Positions 1 through 12,153 of a stretch of 64,000 nucleotides of DNA are shown here, in pieces. Source of the DNA: Octopus vulgaris (lineage: Eukaryota). Made by a program: the position numbers and the translations under genes. The notes below the pieces were generated by a model. The model was not told the origin of the DNA and made no database searches. It saw only the letters and a program-made list of their open reading frames with translations. The stretch is taken from positions 114,266,001 through 114,330,000 of the forward strand of contig OX597820.1 in NCBI GenBank assembly GCA_951406725.2, in the 5' to 3' direction. Numbering within the stretch: the first letter of the stretch is position 1; the number at the start of each line of letters is the position of its first letter.

Positions 1-199
1 GTATGGGGAAATATTACCCTGCTTGGAAACATGTGAAGGTTGGCAACAGAACGGGCATCCAGGCTTAACAAATTCTGTCTGATACATGAGCATGGAAAAG
101 GAGACATTAAGATGCTGCTGCTGTTGTTGTTGTTGGTGGTGGTGGTGGTGGTGCTGCTGCTTGTTTGTTTGTTGAGGGAAGTGGTTTTCATCCCTTTGT

Positions 200-517
200 G
201 GGAGAAGTCCGAAACGTGGTCCTTTGCTATTTGTAAGACCCGCAGAAGAGAAAGCAGGTCAACCCCCGACACCGAAAGCATTGACAGATGGATGAATGCG
301 CGTTCAGGCTCAGCGGTTGCATAGGAAGTCGGGGACAAGAAACAGGAAGAAAGAGTGAGAGAAAGTTGGAGTGAAAGAGTACAACAGGGGTCGCCAGAGC
401 GTTGTGGAGCTTAGGTGTTTTCGCTCAATAAACACACACAACTCCCGGTCTGGGAATCAAAACCATGATCCTCCAACTGCGAGTCCGCTGCCCTAACCAC
501 TGGGCCATTGCACCTCC
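200..517 (-). mobile_element. tRNA-derived SINE (family D)
   Basis: Reverse complement of the 57574-57925 copy. The minus-strand head GGAGGTGCAATGGCCCAGTGGTTAGGGCAGCGGACTCGCAG has pol III A/B-box-like motifs. Flanked by trinucleotide repeats. Confidence 0.8.
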
Positions 518-947
518 TGGTGCTGCTGCTGGTGGTGGCGGTGATGACGATGATGAAATTATCATTCTCTCATAGTACAAACACTTTTTTTTTACCCCAC
601 ATTTTGTGAGCATTTGAACTGATTTTTCTCTACTTTTTAATGATCAACACCAAGACTTCTTTCCTTAGACACTGATGTTTTATTATTTATTTATATTACA
701 TTTTGTAAATATAGTTTTGGTTATAGATTTCCAATTGGATACTCTCTCAGTTCACAGCATTTATGATAGCAAGGGTGTCAATGGTTATCTCTACAAATAT
801 GGTGGAACAAATATCACAAGGGCTGTCATTTGTAAGCACTGCAATTTTATTACTGATATTTATATCTGTCAGTAATTTACAGTGTTAAAGGATATGTGTG
901 TGTGTGTGTGTGTGTGTCTGCATGTGCACACACAAACACATACACAC

Positions 948-1360
948 ATCATCATCATCATCATCATTTAACATCTGTTGATTATGCTGTCATGGGTTGG
1001 ACAGTTTGACCAGGGCTTGCAAGCTGGAAGGCTACACCAGACTCCAATCTGATTTGGCATTGTTTCTACAGCTGTATGCCCTTCCTAATGCCAACCACTC
1101 CAAGAGTGGATGCTTTTACATGCCACTGGCATGGGTGCCATTTGCATGACACCAGTATCTGCCACAATTGTGATTTTATTTGGCTTGATGGGTCTTCTTC
1201 TCAAGCACGATATAATGCCAAAGGTCTCGGTCATTCATCATTGCCTCTGTGAGGCCCAACACTCGAAATGAGCTCTTCATATGCCACTGGCATTGGCCAC
1301 TTTGCCTCTGTGAGGCTCAACACTCAAAGGTGTCTTTTACATGCCACCGGCACAGGTGCC
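948..1360 (-). mobile_element. SINE with RTE-like tail and (GAT)n end (family B)
   Basis: (CAT)n followed by TTTAACATC...CATGGGTTGGAC...GCCCTTCCTAATGCCAACCACTC, shared with 3900-4272, 26672-26865, 43505, 58196 and 63660. Confidence 0.75.
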
Positions 1361-1391
1361 TCTGTGTGTGTGTGCATGTATCTTTCGTAAC

Positions 1392-1775
1392 TTTATTTTT
1401 AATTCGTTTCAATCATTGGATTGAGATCATGTAGAGGTACCAACCTAAAGGGATTTTAGTTGAACAAATCAGCCCCTGCCCTTTTTTTTTTTAAAGCCTG
1501 GTACTTATTCTGTCAATCTCTTAGCTGAACTGCTAAATTACAGGTATGTAAACAAACTAACAGTGGTTGTCAACCAGTGGTGGGAGACAAACACACACGC
1601 ACACACAGAGCAATGAGCTTCTTTCAGTTTTTGTCTATCAAATCCACTCATAAGACTCTGGTTGGCCTGGGTCTACAGTAGAAGGTGTCTACCCACAGTG
1701 TCATGCAGTGGAATTGAACTGGGAACCGCATGGTTAGGAAGACAATTTCTTACCACACAGCCGCACATGTGCCTA
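1392..1775 (-). mobile_element. Diverged SINE (family A)
   Basis: CTTTCAGTTT...AAATCCACTCA...CTTACCACACAGCC is the reverse complement of the 1881 element. Confidence 0.7.
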
Positions 1776-1880
1776 TGCATACACATAGCCATTTGTTCAT
1801 TCATTTGTGTCTGTTTTTCTGTGCTAGCATGGGTTGGATCCGCATGTTATCTGAGGCATTGTTTTACAGTTGTTTTACAT

Positions 1881-2063
1881 AGGCGCAGGAGTGGCTGTGT
1901 GGTAAGTAGCTTGCTAACCAGCCACATGGTTCCGGGTTCAGTCCCACTGCGTGGCATCTTGGGCAAGTGTCTTCTGCTATAGCCCCGGGCCGACCAATGC
2001 CTTGTGAGTGGATTTGGTAGACGGAAACTGAAAGAAGCCTGTCGTATATATGTATGTATATAT

Positions 2064-2116
<53 letters not shown>

Positions 2117-2328
2117 TGTGTCTGTGTTTGTCCTCCTAGCATTGCTTGACAACTGATGCTGGTGTGTTAACGTCCCCGTCACTTAGCGGTTCGGCAAAAG
2201 AGACCGATAGAATAAGTACTGGGCTTACAAAGAATAAGTCCCGGGGTCGATTTGCTCGACTAAAAGGCGGTGCTCCAGCATGGCCGCAGTCAAATGACTG
2301 AAACAAGTAAAAGAGTAAAGAGTAAAGA
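1881..2328 (+). mobile_element. Full-length tRNA-derived SINE with internal (TA)n(TG)n (family A, octopus-type)
   Basis: Runs from AGGCGCAGGAGTGGCTGTGTGGTAAG through GGTTCAGTCCC to an (AAAGAGT)n tail. Near-identical copies lie at 7048, 9782, 12154 and 51284. Confidence 0.9.
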
Positions 2329-2516
2329 GAGAGTTGGCTGTGCTCTTTCTGGAACTGACCTTTGCTTGTTTTGCAAGTAAGCTATCAGTTGTTACACAAG
2401 GATTTGAGAGCAAAGATTGCTCAGATGATTCGTTGACAAGAAAGTCTGCCATCAGCACTGCTCACTGCACTTTCATACAAGCAACTGCAAACACAGACAT
2501 TCATGCACACACACAC

Positions 2517-2566
<50 letters not shown>

Positions 2567-2854
2567 TTAAGATGCAGGTGTGGCTGTGTGGTTAAGAAGC
2601 TCACTTCCTTGCTTCCTAACTCTCTGGTCTCAGGTTCAGTCAGTCCCACTGCATGCCATCTTAAGCAGATATATTTTACTATATCTCCTTGTGAGTGGAC
2701 AAGTGAGACAGAGACAGAACGAAGGTTGTTGCATATATCTGTGCAACATATATGCATGTGTTTGTTTGTATGTGTGTGTGTTGATTTATTTCATATATAT
2801 ACAGTATATATTTATAAATCACTGTTTGACAAAGAAGTAAAAAGGTTATTTTCA

Positions 2855-3880
2855 AGAATATACAGTGTACAGGTAGGGGTTCACCAAGGTTCAATTCCCA
2901 ACCCCCTCTTGTTTATCTTAGTCATCCAAGCCTTGACTGGCTGCTCCTGGGAGCTCCTCTACACTAATGACCTTGTTCTTATAGCTGAATCATTACCTGA
3001 CCTAGAGAAGAAATTTCAGGTGTGGAAACAAGGCCTGAACTCTAAGGGCCTTAGAGTTAATTTAGCGAAAACCTAGTAAGTCCTAGTAAGTAGGAAAACA
3101 GACAAATCAGAAGTCCCTTCTGCGAGATGGCCCTGCTCAATATGTAAGAAGGGTGTTGGTAGAAACTCCGTACGTTGTGTTGTACCCAGTGCAAGCTTTG
3201 GACACATGAAAAGTGTAGTGGTATCACAAAAAGGTTTCTGGAGAATATATTCTTTGTGTGTGGCAAATGTGCAGGTTCAATAAGCACTAAAAATGCACAG
3301 AGAATAGATCTTTATAAGTAGTAGATAGCATGTGTTACCTAGGAGACAAAGTTAGAAGTGGTGGAGGAAATTCTGAAAGTGTAGCTACTAGAATAAGGAT
3401 GGGCTGGGCAAAGTTCAGAGAGCTTCTACCTTTGATAGTAACTAAGGGCCTCTCTTTCAGAGTGAAAGGTAGATTGTATGAGGCTTATGTATGCACAGCT
3501 ATGTTACATGGCACTGAAATATGGACTTTGACTGCAGAGGACTTGCAAAGGCTTGAAAGAGATGAAGCTAGCATGCTCCATTGGGTGGGTAATGTAAGTG
3601 TGCATGTGCAACAGAGTGTAAATGATTTAAAAGGTAAACTGGGTATAAGAGGCATCATAGGCTGTGTGCAAGAGAGAAGACTGTGCTGGTTTGGTCATGT
3701 AATATGTATGGATAAGGACAGCTGCATAAAGAAGTGCCAACCTCTAATTGTGGAAGGGGTAGACCCAGGAAGACATGGGAAAAGTGGTGAGAAAGGATCC
3801 CCAGATACTGGGCCTCACTGAGGAAATGACAAGTTACCAGATGTACCAATTTGCTGTACTTGATAAGACATGTCAATCTA
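2855..3880 (+). mobile_element. RTE-clade LINE, 5'-truncated and decayed (RT C-terminal half)
   Basis: VGVHQGS..PLLFILV, ELLYTNDLVL (YADD-like), GLRVNLAKT, YLGD, MLHGTEIW and RRLCWFGHV motifs, with frameshifts. Confidence 0.85.
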
Positions 3881-3972
3881 AGTAAAACCAGTAAAATCTA
3901 AGCTTGTCCTTTCAGATGCTGGTGCCACATGAAAGGCCCCTGCGCTGGTGCTGTGCAAACACACATGTTCCT

Positions 3973-4097
3973 ATGCTGCGTAAATGCACCCGTACTGATG
4001 CTGCATAAATGCACCCGTACTGATGCTGCATAAATGCACCCGTACTGATGCTGCATAAATGCATCTGTGCTGGTACTGCATAAATGCACCCATGCTG
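3973..4097 (+). repeat. 25-bp tandem repeat x5 inside a family B SINE (3900-4272)
   Basis: Unit ATGCTGCATAAATGCACCCGTACTG. It grades into the SINE motif GTGGCATGTAAAAAGCACCC. Confidence 0.9.
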
Positions 4098-4514
4098 GTG
4101 GCATGTAAAAAGCACCCAGCACATTCTGTAGAGTGGTTGGCATTAGGAAGGGCATCCACCTGTAGAAACCATGCCACAACAGACTGTTGGAGTCTGGACA
4201 GTTCCCAGCTGGACATGTCAAACTGTCCAACCCATGCCAGCATAGAAAGCAGATGTTAAACGATGATGATGTTCCATTTTAGGTTTCCCTCTAAAGGATG
4301 TCAGGAATAGCACCAAGTCCTCCTAATTTGTTAGAAAAGTACATTATTTCTATCTTATTTTTTAAATAATAGCCATCAGGTTAAGAATTGAGAAAGATGA
4401 AGAAAATGAGGGAGACCCAAGAAGACATGGCACAGCACCTTCAAAGATCTAAAATAAGTTAGCATCACCTGAGAAGACATCGGCCACTATGCTGAAAACT
4501 AGGATTATTAGATA

Positions 4515-4916
4515 CTAGCAGTATCGCCCGGCGTTGCTCGGGTTTGTAAGGGAAATAACTATATAAGCATTTTTAGAGAGTTATAGCCAAAAAATAGCAA
4601 AAAAAAAATGAATTAAAAATGGAAAAAAAATTATGGTAAATTTTTTTTAAAATCGTTGACTCATCGTAGACATTTTTAGAGAGTTACTTTCCTTATATAA
4701 TAGCGAAAAAAATGCATTAAAATGGAAAAAAATGATGGTAAACTATTTTTTAAATCGTAGACTCATCGTAGACGCGCGCTAATACCCAGAAGGGCTCGAT
4801 ATGAATCACGACTATAAGATACCCGCTTTTGGTTACACTGCACCGCAAAATGTGGGAGTAGTTAGGAATCTAAATCGTAGGAGACAGACACACAACTTGA
4901 CTTTTATATATAAAGA
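4515..4916 (-). mobile_element. Non-autonomous Helitron inserted in an RTE 3' fragment (about 4380-4965)
   Basis: On the minus strand it starts A|TC and ends with the hairpin CCCGAGCAACGCCGGG then CTAG|T. No TSD. The flanks read GRPKKTW...LVAQC, an RTE C-terminus. Confidence 0.85.
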
Positions 4917-5112
4917 TGTCTTGTTGCCCAATGCACAGGCTAACTGTACAAGAGGAACTAAGACAAAGCCTTAGACTAATCAAGGAAATATTTTTTATTT
5001 CAATGAAACACACCTTTGGAGAACTGTAACAACTACGTAATTACTGGGTGTATTGAATGAAGCAACAAATTGGGAAAAAAGTGAAAGTCTGTTTGTGAGT
5101 AACAGTCTGTTT

Positions 5113-5366
5113 CAGTGGTTCACAACTGGACTTTACGTGACCCTTGGGCATCCATATGAGATTTTGTTGATAAAATTTATCTGCAATAAATTGATTATTC
5201 TTCTGCAATACACAAAATAATTAAATTTTTTAAAATACAATTCCTAATAATATTCAATTATAAAAATTAATTAGTTTTTTTTTAAACATCAAATGGTTAT
5301 GAGGGCACACCCATGTAAAATAGGAATGAAGGGGTCCCAAGATATAAAAATGGTTGAGAGCCGTTG
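5113..5366. mobile_element. Degenerate hAT-like MITE
   Basis: Imperfect TIRs CAGTGGTTCACAAC / GTTGAGAGCCGTTG. No TSD recovered. Confidence 0.45.
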
Positions 5367-5754
5367 GTGGTTTACACCATAACTTTCTCTCATCCAACAT
5401 CTTTACAGCAGTCTGCCAATAAATATGTAGAAGAGAGAAGGTCAAGAGTTCAAGGCTTGCATGGAAGCAGCTTGTCAATGGGTTTGAAATGGCAAAATGC
5501 TGTTTGTAGCTGACTGGAAGAAACTGTTTATTTTTTCTCAGGGGTCACTAATATATGTCTAGCTCAAAGCTGAATTAAGACTCTGTAAATGAAAGTCAAT
5601 CAAGTTTATCTAACTTCACCTCAGCTTCACTATGATAATGGTGAATTTCTGACAGGTTAAACAAATGGATTTTAAATGCACAGTTAGAGAACAATGGAGA
5701 TGGAAGTGGGGACTTAGGTTTTGACCCTGTTAAATACCTCCTACAACTGTTTAA

Positions 5755-5974
5755 CCCTTTCGTTACCAACCCGGCTGAAACCGGCTCTGGTTCTGAGTAC
5801 AAATGTCTTGTTTTCATAAGTTTTAAATTAAAATCTCCCACCAAACCTTAGTCACAATTTATGTTCCTAACACTAGCTTAATGATAGCTAAATTATTTTT
5901 CTAAATTCTTTGTTATATTTAAAGTAATTGAAAGAAACACAGATCATCTCAAAATAAATACGGTAACAAAAGGG
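5755..5974. mobile_element. piggyBac-type MITE (220 bp)
   Basis: TTAA|CCCTTTCGTTACC...GGTAACAAAAGGG|TTAA. Copies at 21510-21729 and 56870-57091. Confidence 0.88.
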
Positions 5975-6152
5975 TTAAGATTTATTTTTTTATTTGTAAT
6001 TCTACCAAACTGAAGCTGTATTTAAATTGTGTTTAATTTTCATTTCAGCATAGCTAGACATTCTGAGACTCTATAAATGACCAAAAATAAATTCTTTAAT
6101 TGTAAATATATATATGACCATCAAGTAATATTCTAATATAATAATCTAACTT

Positions 6153-6370
6153 AAGGTGGTAAGTTGGTAGAATTGTTAGCACGCCAAGTAAAATGTTTAG
6201 TGGCATTTTGTCTGTCTGTCTGTTCTGAGTTCAAATTCCGCTGAGGTCAGCTTTACCTTTTGTCTTTTTGGGGGCAATGAAATAAGTACCAGTTGAATCT
6301 TAGGAGCTGATGTAATCAACTTTCCCCTTCCCCTGAATTTGCTGACTTTGTGCCAAAATTTGAAACCAAT
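6153..6370 (+). mobile_element. tRNA-derived SINE (family C)
   Basis: GGTGGTAAGTTGGTAGAATTGTTAGCACG...TTCTGAGTTCAAATTCC...AAGTACCAGTT...AATTTGAAACC. Many copies in the window. Confidence 0.75.
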
Positions 6371-7047
6371 AGAGTAGTGTAGAAATTGTTTGTCTTTCTA
6401 ATAAAATCAGATTCCACATCAGTTATTTTCCCCCATCTTTGGGTTAGGACATGGACCAAGTATCTTCTGTTTGTCTTTCAACTATTGGTGGTCGATTGCA
6501 CTCGGAGTCTGGCTCATGTTTTTGAAGTATTGACATATAACTGCTCCATCCAGCTTCCCGATGGAAACAGAAAACAAAGATTAAGGCAAATTGGCAGACA
6601 TTAGAGCACAGGACAAGTCTGGTGTATGTTTCAATTCTCTATATATGCTCATCATCATCATCATTGTTTAACGTCTGCTTTTTGTCCTTCATACACTCAC
6701 AATTGGAAAAAAAGAACTGTACACAGGTGATGGTTTGATAAGAACTGTAAGAAAGATGAGCTGGACATTTTGTTGCGTTTGGCTCTTTGTGTTGAGGTCA
6801 AATCTCACCATTGCTTATTTGGGTGGTTGACTTAACCTGTTGCCTGGTTTAGTATCATCACCTGGCACTTTGGATTTATTTAGAATAGTCTGCTCCATTG
6901 CTAGCCTTGTGGTAAGGTTTCCAGTCCAGGGATACTGTCCTTTTCCCTTCCCCACCTGTCTGCAACAGGTCATCAGCACCACCTTCTCTTCTCACTAAAA
7001 AGATTATTAAAAAAAAAGACAACGTGAAAGTAAATGATTAAGGTTAC

Positions 7048-7415
7048 TGTGGTAAGTAGCTTGCTTACAAACCACATCGTTCTGGGTTCAGTCCCACTGC
7101 GTGGCACGTTGGGCAAGTGTCTTCTACTATAGCCTCGGGCCGACCAAAGCCTTGTGAGTGGATTTGGTAGACGGAAACTGAAAGAAGCCTGTCGTATATA
7201 TGTATATATATATGTTTGGATGTCTGTGTTTGTTCCCCCCCCCCCCCCCAACATCGCTTGACAACCGATGCTGGTGTGTTTACGTCCCCGTAACTTAGCG
7301 GTTCGGCAAAAAAGACCGATAGAATAAGTACTAGGCTTACAAGAATAAGTCCTGGGGTCGATTTGCTCGACAGCATGGCCGCAGTCAAATGACTAAAACA
7401 AGTAAAAGAGTAAAA
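7048..7415 (+). mobile_element. SINE family A, slightly 5'-truncated
   Basis: Near-identical to 1881-2328. Confidence 0.88.
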
Positions 7416-7439
7416 ATGAGGTGCGGGGGTGGGGCTGGA

Positions 7440-7559
7440 TAAACATTTTTTTTATTATAGCACGTCTGGCTCTCCGTAGTTTTAGCTTTCCTCTCTGTTT
7501 CCAATCCGGCTTTTCCTAACTTCCTGTCGGCAGGAAGGCGCCGATGCTCTCTGGTAGGT
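7440..7559 (+). promoter_or_regulatory. Candidate promoter and first non-coding exon of the 11312 ZNF gene
   Basis: Non-repeat, CpG-retaining patch with ETS-like ACTTCCTG/CAGGAAG and CCAAT motifs, ending in the donor-like CTG|GTAGGT at 7554. Confidence 0.4.
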
Positions 7560-8719
7560 TCACGTCGTTCTTTCTCATCTCCCCCATTATCTGTATTGTC
7601 CTATTGTACATGCAATATACGCCAGTTGTTAGACATATTAACAGTATTTATATTTATAGCTGTTCACTAACTCTATTCTCTACTGATGACGAACTGGTTT
7701 CCTTTGTTTGCTGTATGAGATGTGTGTCGGTGGTGGTGGTCAGTGACGGAGCTGCTGGTGTGGTTGTGATTGTTGTATTATGTAAATGTCTATGGACAAG
7801 TGTATCTCTCGTTGACTAAATAATTACACTCACATACTCTGCTACAATATCCACTTCTTGAACATCTTTATTTATTCTCTATAAATAGTAATTAATATAC
7901 AATGGAAGAAAATATCTAAAATGAATAGAATTATTCGGAGGCTTGGATTAAGAGAAAGATGACAAAATAATTCCCATTAACAGTTAAATAATCAAAAAGG
8001 TAATTAGAAAACGATAAAATAGAACCGACTCAAGACAAACGAAGATTCATCTCGAAAAAGTAATATTTACTACATAAATACAGTTCACCTAATTGAAGGA
8101 CCTCTCTATCCCCTCCGTGAAAGTGTCCCTTTAATGGTGTGACCAACTCTTATAAGGTTAACTGCGAGGTAGAGCTAATGAAATGTCACCAACACTTACC
8201 TTAGATGGACGTGTTTCGAATATTAGGTGAAGGAATCTGGTTATTAACTCTAGGTTAGGTTTTTTTTCGTCATATACCTATCAATCTTTCTCTTCTCTAT
8301 TACCAGGTACCCTGCGTCCAGGTCAGTTATTATTTCAAGTTACAAATGTTGTTGTGTGGCTGAGCAGTCAGGACCTCCCTCTAACCAGACCCGGGCATCT
8401 TTAAAACACAAACCCTTTGACTAATATAGTCTATGCTATATTATGCCTGAAAGAGAGAAAAAGACGAGAATGGCTACAACTGTAATGCCTTGACCATAGG
8501 TCAGTACGATCAATGCTGACAACTCTCTCTCTGTCTCTATGTCATGGGTAGGGTTTGAACTCTGCATTGTAACCTAACGGAAAATAACGTCAGTGATGCA
8601 GTGGTTCTTACTTCTTGCAGAAGTGATGAACTACATTAATTATGATGGATGGAGGCTGGTTAAAGTTACCTTTGCTGGAGACTATGGCAAGACTGGTGGT
8701 TAGATACAAACCTTTAACC

Positions 8720-8870
8720 CAGTGGTTCCCAACCTTTTCACTACCAAGGATCCCTTTTATTTAAATGAGTTTTCCCTTTTGATATGCTTATATATATATA
8801 TATGTGAAATTTTGAATTTAGCTCACAGACTCCATTATTACCTTTGTGGACCACAGGTTGTGAACCACTG
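8720..8870. mobile_element. hAT (Charlie-like) MITE, 151 bp
   Basis: TIRs CAGTGGTTCCCAACC / GGTTGTGAACCACTG with a perfect 8-bp TSD CTTTAACC. Confidence 0.9.
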
Positions 8871-9781
8871 CTTTAACCGATCCATCTGCAGGTTAGTCAC
8901 CTACCAACTTCAGATTACCAATCATGACACTGTGACACTCCTCTAAAATGTTATTTTCACTCGAAATTGAAAAGAAAAGAAAAAGAAAAATGAATTTCCT
9001 CAATTCATGTTTATTCAGTCTTTTTGATACAAACCAACCTGTGATGGCCACTGGTTGTTTCTAATCTCTAACTCTTATATCTATTTTAAAATCTTACTTC
9101 ATAATTTTAAACCTAGAACCTTTGTTATGTTTCAAACATCATCTTTTACTAAATCAATCCAAATTTTTGATTGCTTTCTGAATTAATTAAACATCTCTTT
9201 CTGACACCAATACTTGTTCTGGCACTATTTTCCTATATGATGCTGACATGGAGATGAGTCACTGCTATCTCTAGCAGTCGAGTGTCCATCATTGATGAGA
9301 CCAAGGAAGGTCAAAATTATATGATTTGGTGGTCTCAGTGCCAGAGATGGCAGGGATTCATCTCCCCACTAGCAATATAAACAAGAGTGTGTTTTGCAAC
9401 AAAAGCCAATATGACAGCATCTCTCATGGTATCTACCTCAGTATAGCTTGTCCTAACAGAACATCCACGTTTAAGTTGGGATATATATTACCTCTCAATA
9501 TTAATACTGTCTCTGTTGCTAATATATAACTGAACAGTATTTTTCAGTAGAAATATGGTCAAGAATTAGTTAATTCCATATCTAGTATCTGATTAGCTCT
9601 AATTTTAGTAGTATTTTTCTATTGTTCCTATTTATAAAAATTGGATGGGACTATTAAAAATTGAGAGTCATTGCTAGCTGGGGTAGGGTGACTTCACAGT
9701 GCAACATCAGAATATGAATTGCTGACCTTTTAGTTTGGTTATTAGTTCATATCTTCATTTTGAAAGTTTTTTTGTCTGAGT

Positions 9782-10500
9782 GGCGCAGGAGTGGCTGTGT
9801 GGTAAGTAGCTTGTTTACCAACCACATGGTTCCGGGTTCAGTCCCACTGCGTGGCACCTTGGGCAAGTGTTTTCTGCTATAGCCTTGGGCCGACCAAAGC
9901 CTTGTGAGTGGATTTGGTAGACGGAAACTGAAAGAAGTCCGTCGTATATATGTATATATATATATATATATATATGCGTGTGTGTGTTTGTGTGTCTGTG
10001 TTTGTCCCTCTAGCATTGCTTGACAACCGATGCTGGTGTGTTTATGTCCCCGTTACTTAGCGGTTCGGCATAAGAGACCGATAGAATAAGTACTGGGCTT
10101 ACAAAAGAATAAGTCCCGGGGTCGATTTGCTCAATTAACCCCTTACTCGGCAGAAATGAATATATGCGTTTTGACCGAAATCGTTTTTTTCTATCTCTGG
10201 CGAGTTAACTCGTCAAAAGATAGACTTACCAAAATCGACAGCAAACAAGTTCCTTCGTCTAAAAATGGGTTAACTTGTTTCTGCCCAAAGCGGTAATTTA
10301 AAATCAATATTATTGAATTAAAATTCATAATAAATAAGGTTTGAAATATACCTCGAAATCACCATTCAAAACATAGTAAAATAAAACAATTAAAAAATAT
10401 GCCTGAAAAAATACATTTATTTTCAAAATAATTGTTGGGTAAGGGGTTAAAGGCGGTGCTCCAGCATGGCCGCAGTCAAATGACTGAAACGAGTAAAAGA
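9782..10500 (+). mobile_element. SINE family A interrupted by a piggyBac-type MITE
   Basis: Matches 1881-2328 once the insertion at 10139-10450 is removed. Confidence 0.88.
10139..10446. mobile_element. piggyBac-type MITE (308 bp)
   Basis: TTAA|CCCCTTACTCGGCA...TGTTGGGTAAGGGG|TTAA. Confidence 0.88.
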
Positions 10501-10513
10501 GAGAGAATTCATA

Positions 10514-10885
10514 TCTTTTACTCGTTTCAGTTATTAAACTGCAATCATGCTGAAGCACTACCTTGAAGTGTTTTTAGTTGAACACGTTGACTCCAGTACT
10601 TACTTTTAAGTTTGTTACTTATTCTATCGGTCTCTTTTACCAAACTGCTAAGTTACAAGGATGTCAGCAAACTAACACTGGTTGTCAAACAGTAGTGGAG
10701 AGCAGACAGACACACAAAAATAGATGGTGGTAAGGAGATTTAATATCAACAGTGGTTGAGAGAAACACAAATTTAGATACTACTATCATTTTATGTTCAG
10801 TAGCTCAAAATAAGTTAGCCATTGGATAGAACCTAGAGCTATGTGGTTGTGAAGTGATCTTCTTGGCCATACACCACGCCTGTAC
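10514..10885 (-). mobile_element. Diverged SINE family A
   Basis: Reverse-complement match to the family A 3' half, lying tail-to-tail with the 9782 copy. Confidence 0.7.
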
Positions 10886-11311
10886 CCTTTAGTTATATCA
10901 TTTAACATTCTGAGTTGAACTCCTACTGAATTGCTTTTCATCCTCTGTGCTTGATAAGTATTAGTTATATGCTAGGATAAATAGAATTGATTATAGTACA
11001 CCTCTATGGTCTTGTACTAATGTTAGAAACTTTTGTTTTAAGGTAATGTCAATTGTCTTTAGGACAGAAAAGTTGTATAAAGGAATCATTCCCTATCACT
11101 TGCGAATATAGGAAGACTAAAAACCATAGTGATGGTGATTATAAGGATTATTATTTATTTATTTATATATTTCAGAATGAAGTAAAGAAGTTGAAGAAAA
11201 TTCAAGTTGGTTGTGTCCTATCGGGATTAAACAGAATATTGTGACAACATCTCTGCTATTGTGGTGTATGTGACAAGCACTTTATCCATATTTTTATTCC
11301 TGGAAGATCTC

Positions 11312-11929
11312 ATGAAGGCGCACACTTCAGCAAGACGTTACCCATGTGAAACATGTGGCAAGACATTCTCACAAAATTCCCATCTTTCAAGACACATAAG
11401 AACACACACGGGTGAAAAGCCTTTCCGCTGCGAAGTGTGCGGTAAGGGCTTCCCCGAGAATTACACCTTAAAAACCCACATGAAAACCCATACAGGAGTG
11501 AAACCTTTCCATTGTGATATTTGCGATAAGGACTTTACTGAAAAAGCCACATTGATAAAACACACACGCAGCCATACGGGGCTAAGACCCTACAGCTGTG
11601 AAACCTGTGGGGACAGTTTTGCAGATCATTCTACTTTAAGAACACACATACGAACTCACACAGGAGAGAAACCATACCATTGTGAGATTTGTGGGAAAGA
11701 CTTTGCGGTCCATTCTAACTTTAAAAAACACCTTCGAATACATGCCCGACAGCAAGAATTATTCCAGTGTGAAAATTGCGGGGAAAAATTCTCTCATAGA
11801 TTTTATTTAATGAAGCACATGGAAACACATGCACCGAAATCCCTTGCACAACTGCGTTGTCAGATTTGTGGTGACAATTTTATTGATAGTGTTGCTTTGC
11901 AAAGTCATTTAAAGATTCATAATGATTAA
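11312..11929 (+). CDS. C2H2 (Kruppel-type) zinc-finger protein, 7 fingers, 205 aa
   Basis: Seven C-x2-C-x12-H-x3-H units with TGEKP-type linkers. First in-frame ATG is at 11312. A strong acceptor TTTCAG ends at 11175. Confidence 0.88.
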   Translation: MKAHTSARRYPCETCGKTFSQNSHLSRHIRTHTGEKPFRCEVCGKGFPENYTLKTHMKTHTGVKPFHCDICDKDFTEKATLIKHTRSHTGLRPYSCETCGDSFADHSTLRTHIRTHTGEKPYHCEICGKDFAVHSNFKKHLRIHARQQELFQCENCGEKFSHRFYLMKHMETHAPKSLAQLRCQICGDNFIDSVALQSHLKIHND

Positions 11930-12153
11930 TAGATATTTCAGAGACCACTAACTTTCATAGCAAGAGATAAAAGGTATAAAACTAGAATTTCTCAATTAAT
12001 TCAAAGTTACTGTATTTTCCAGCATCCAAGTTGGATTTTTCATACAAAAATTTACAGCCAAAACAAGTCAGTCAACTTAATACATCAAGACGAATTTGGA
12101 GAACCGAAAATTCCACGTGAAATTCAGCAGGATTTGGAAAGATAGTGAAGATG

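Noticed and set aside
1847-2182. Recurrent ORFs (...YIRQASFSFRLPNPLTR...) at 1847, 6973, 9747, 12213, 51271 and 61350
   Set aside because: These are antisense translations of SINE family A and its microsatellite, not a gene family.
11261-11311. GTG start at 11261 (and TTG start at 28545) in the ORF track
   Set aside because: These are bacterial-style starts. The first in-frame ATGs were used instead.
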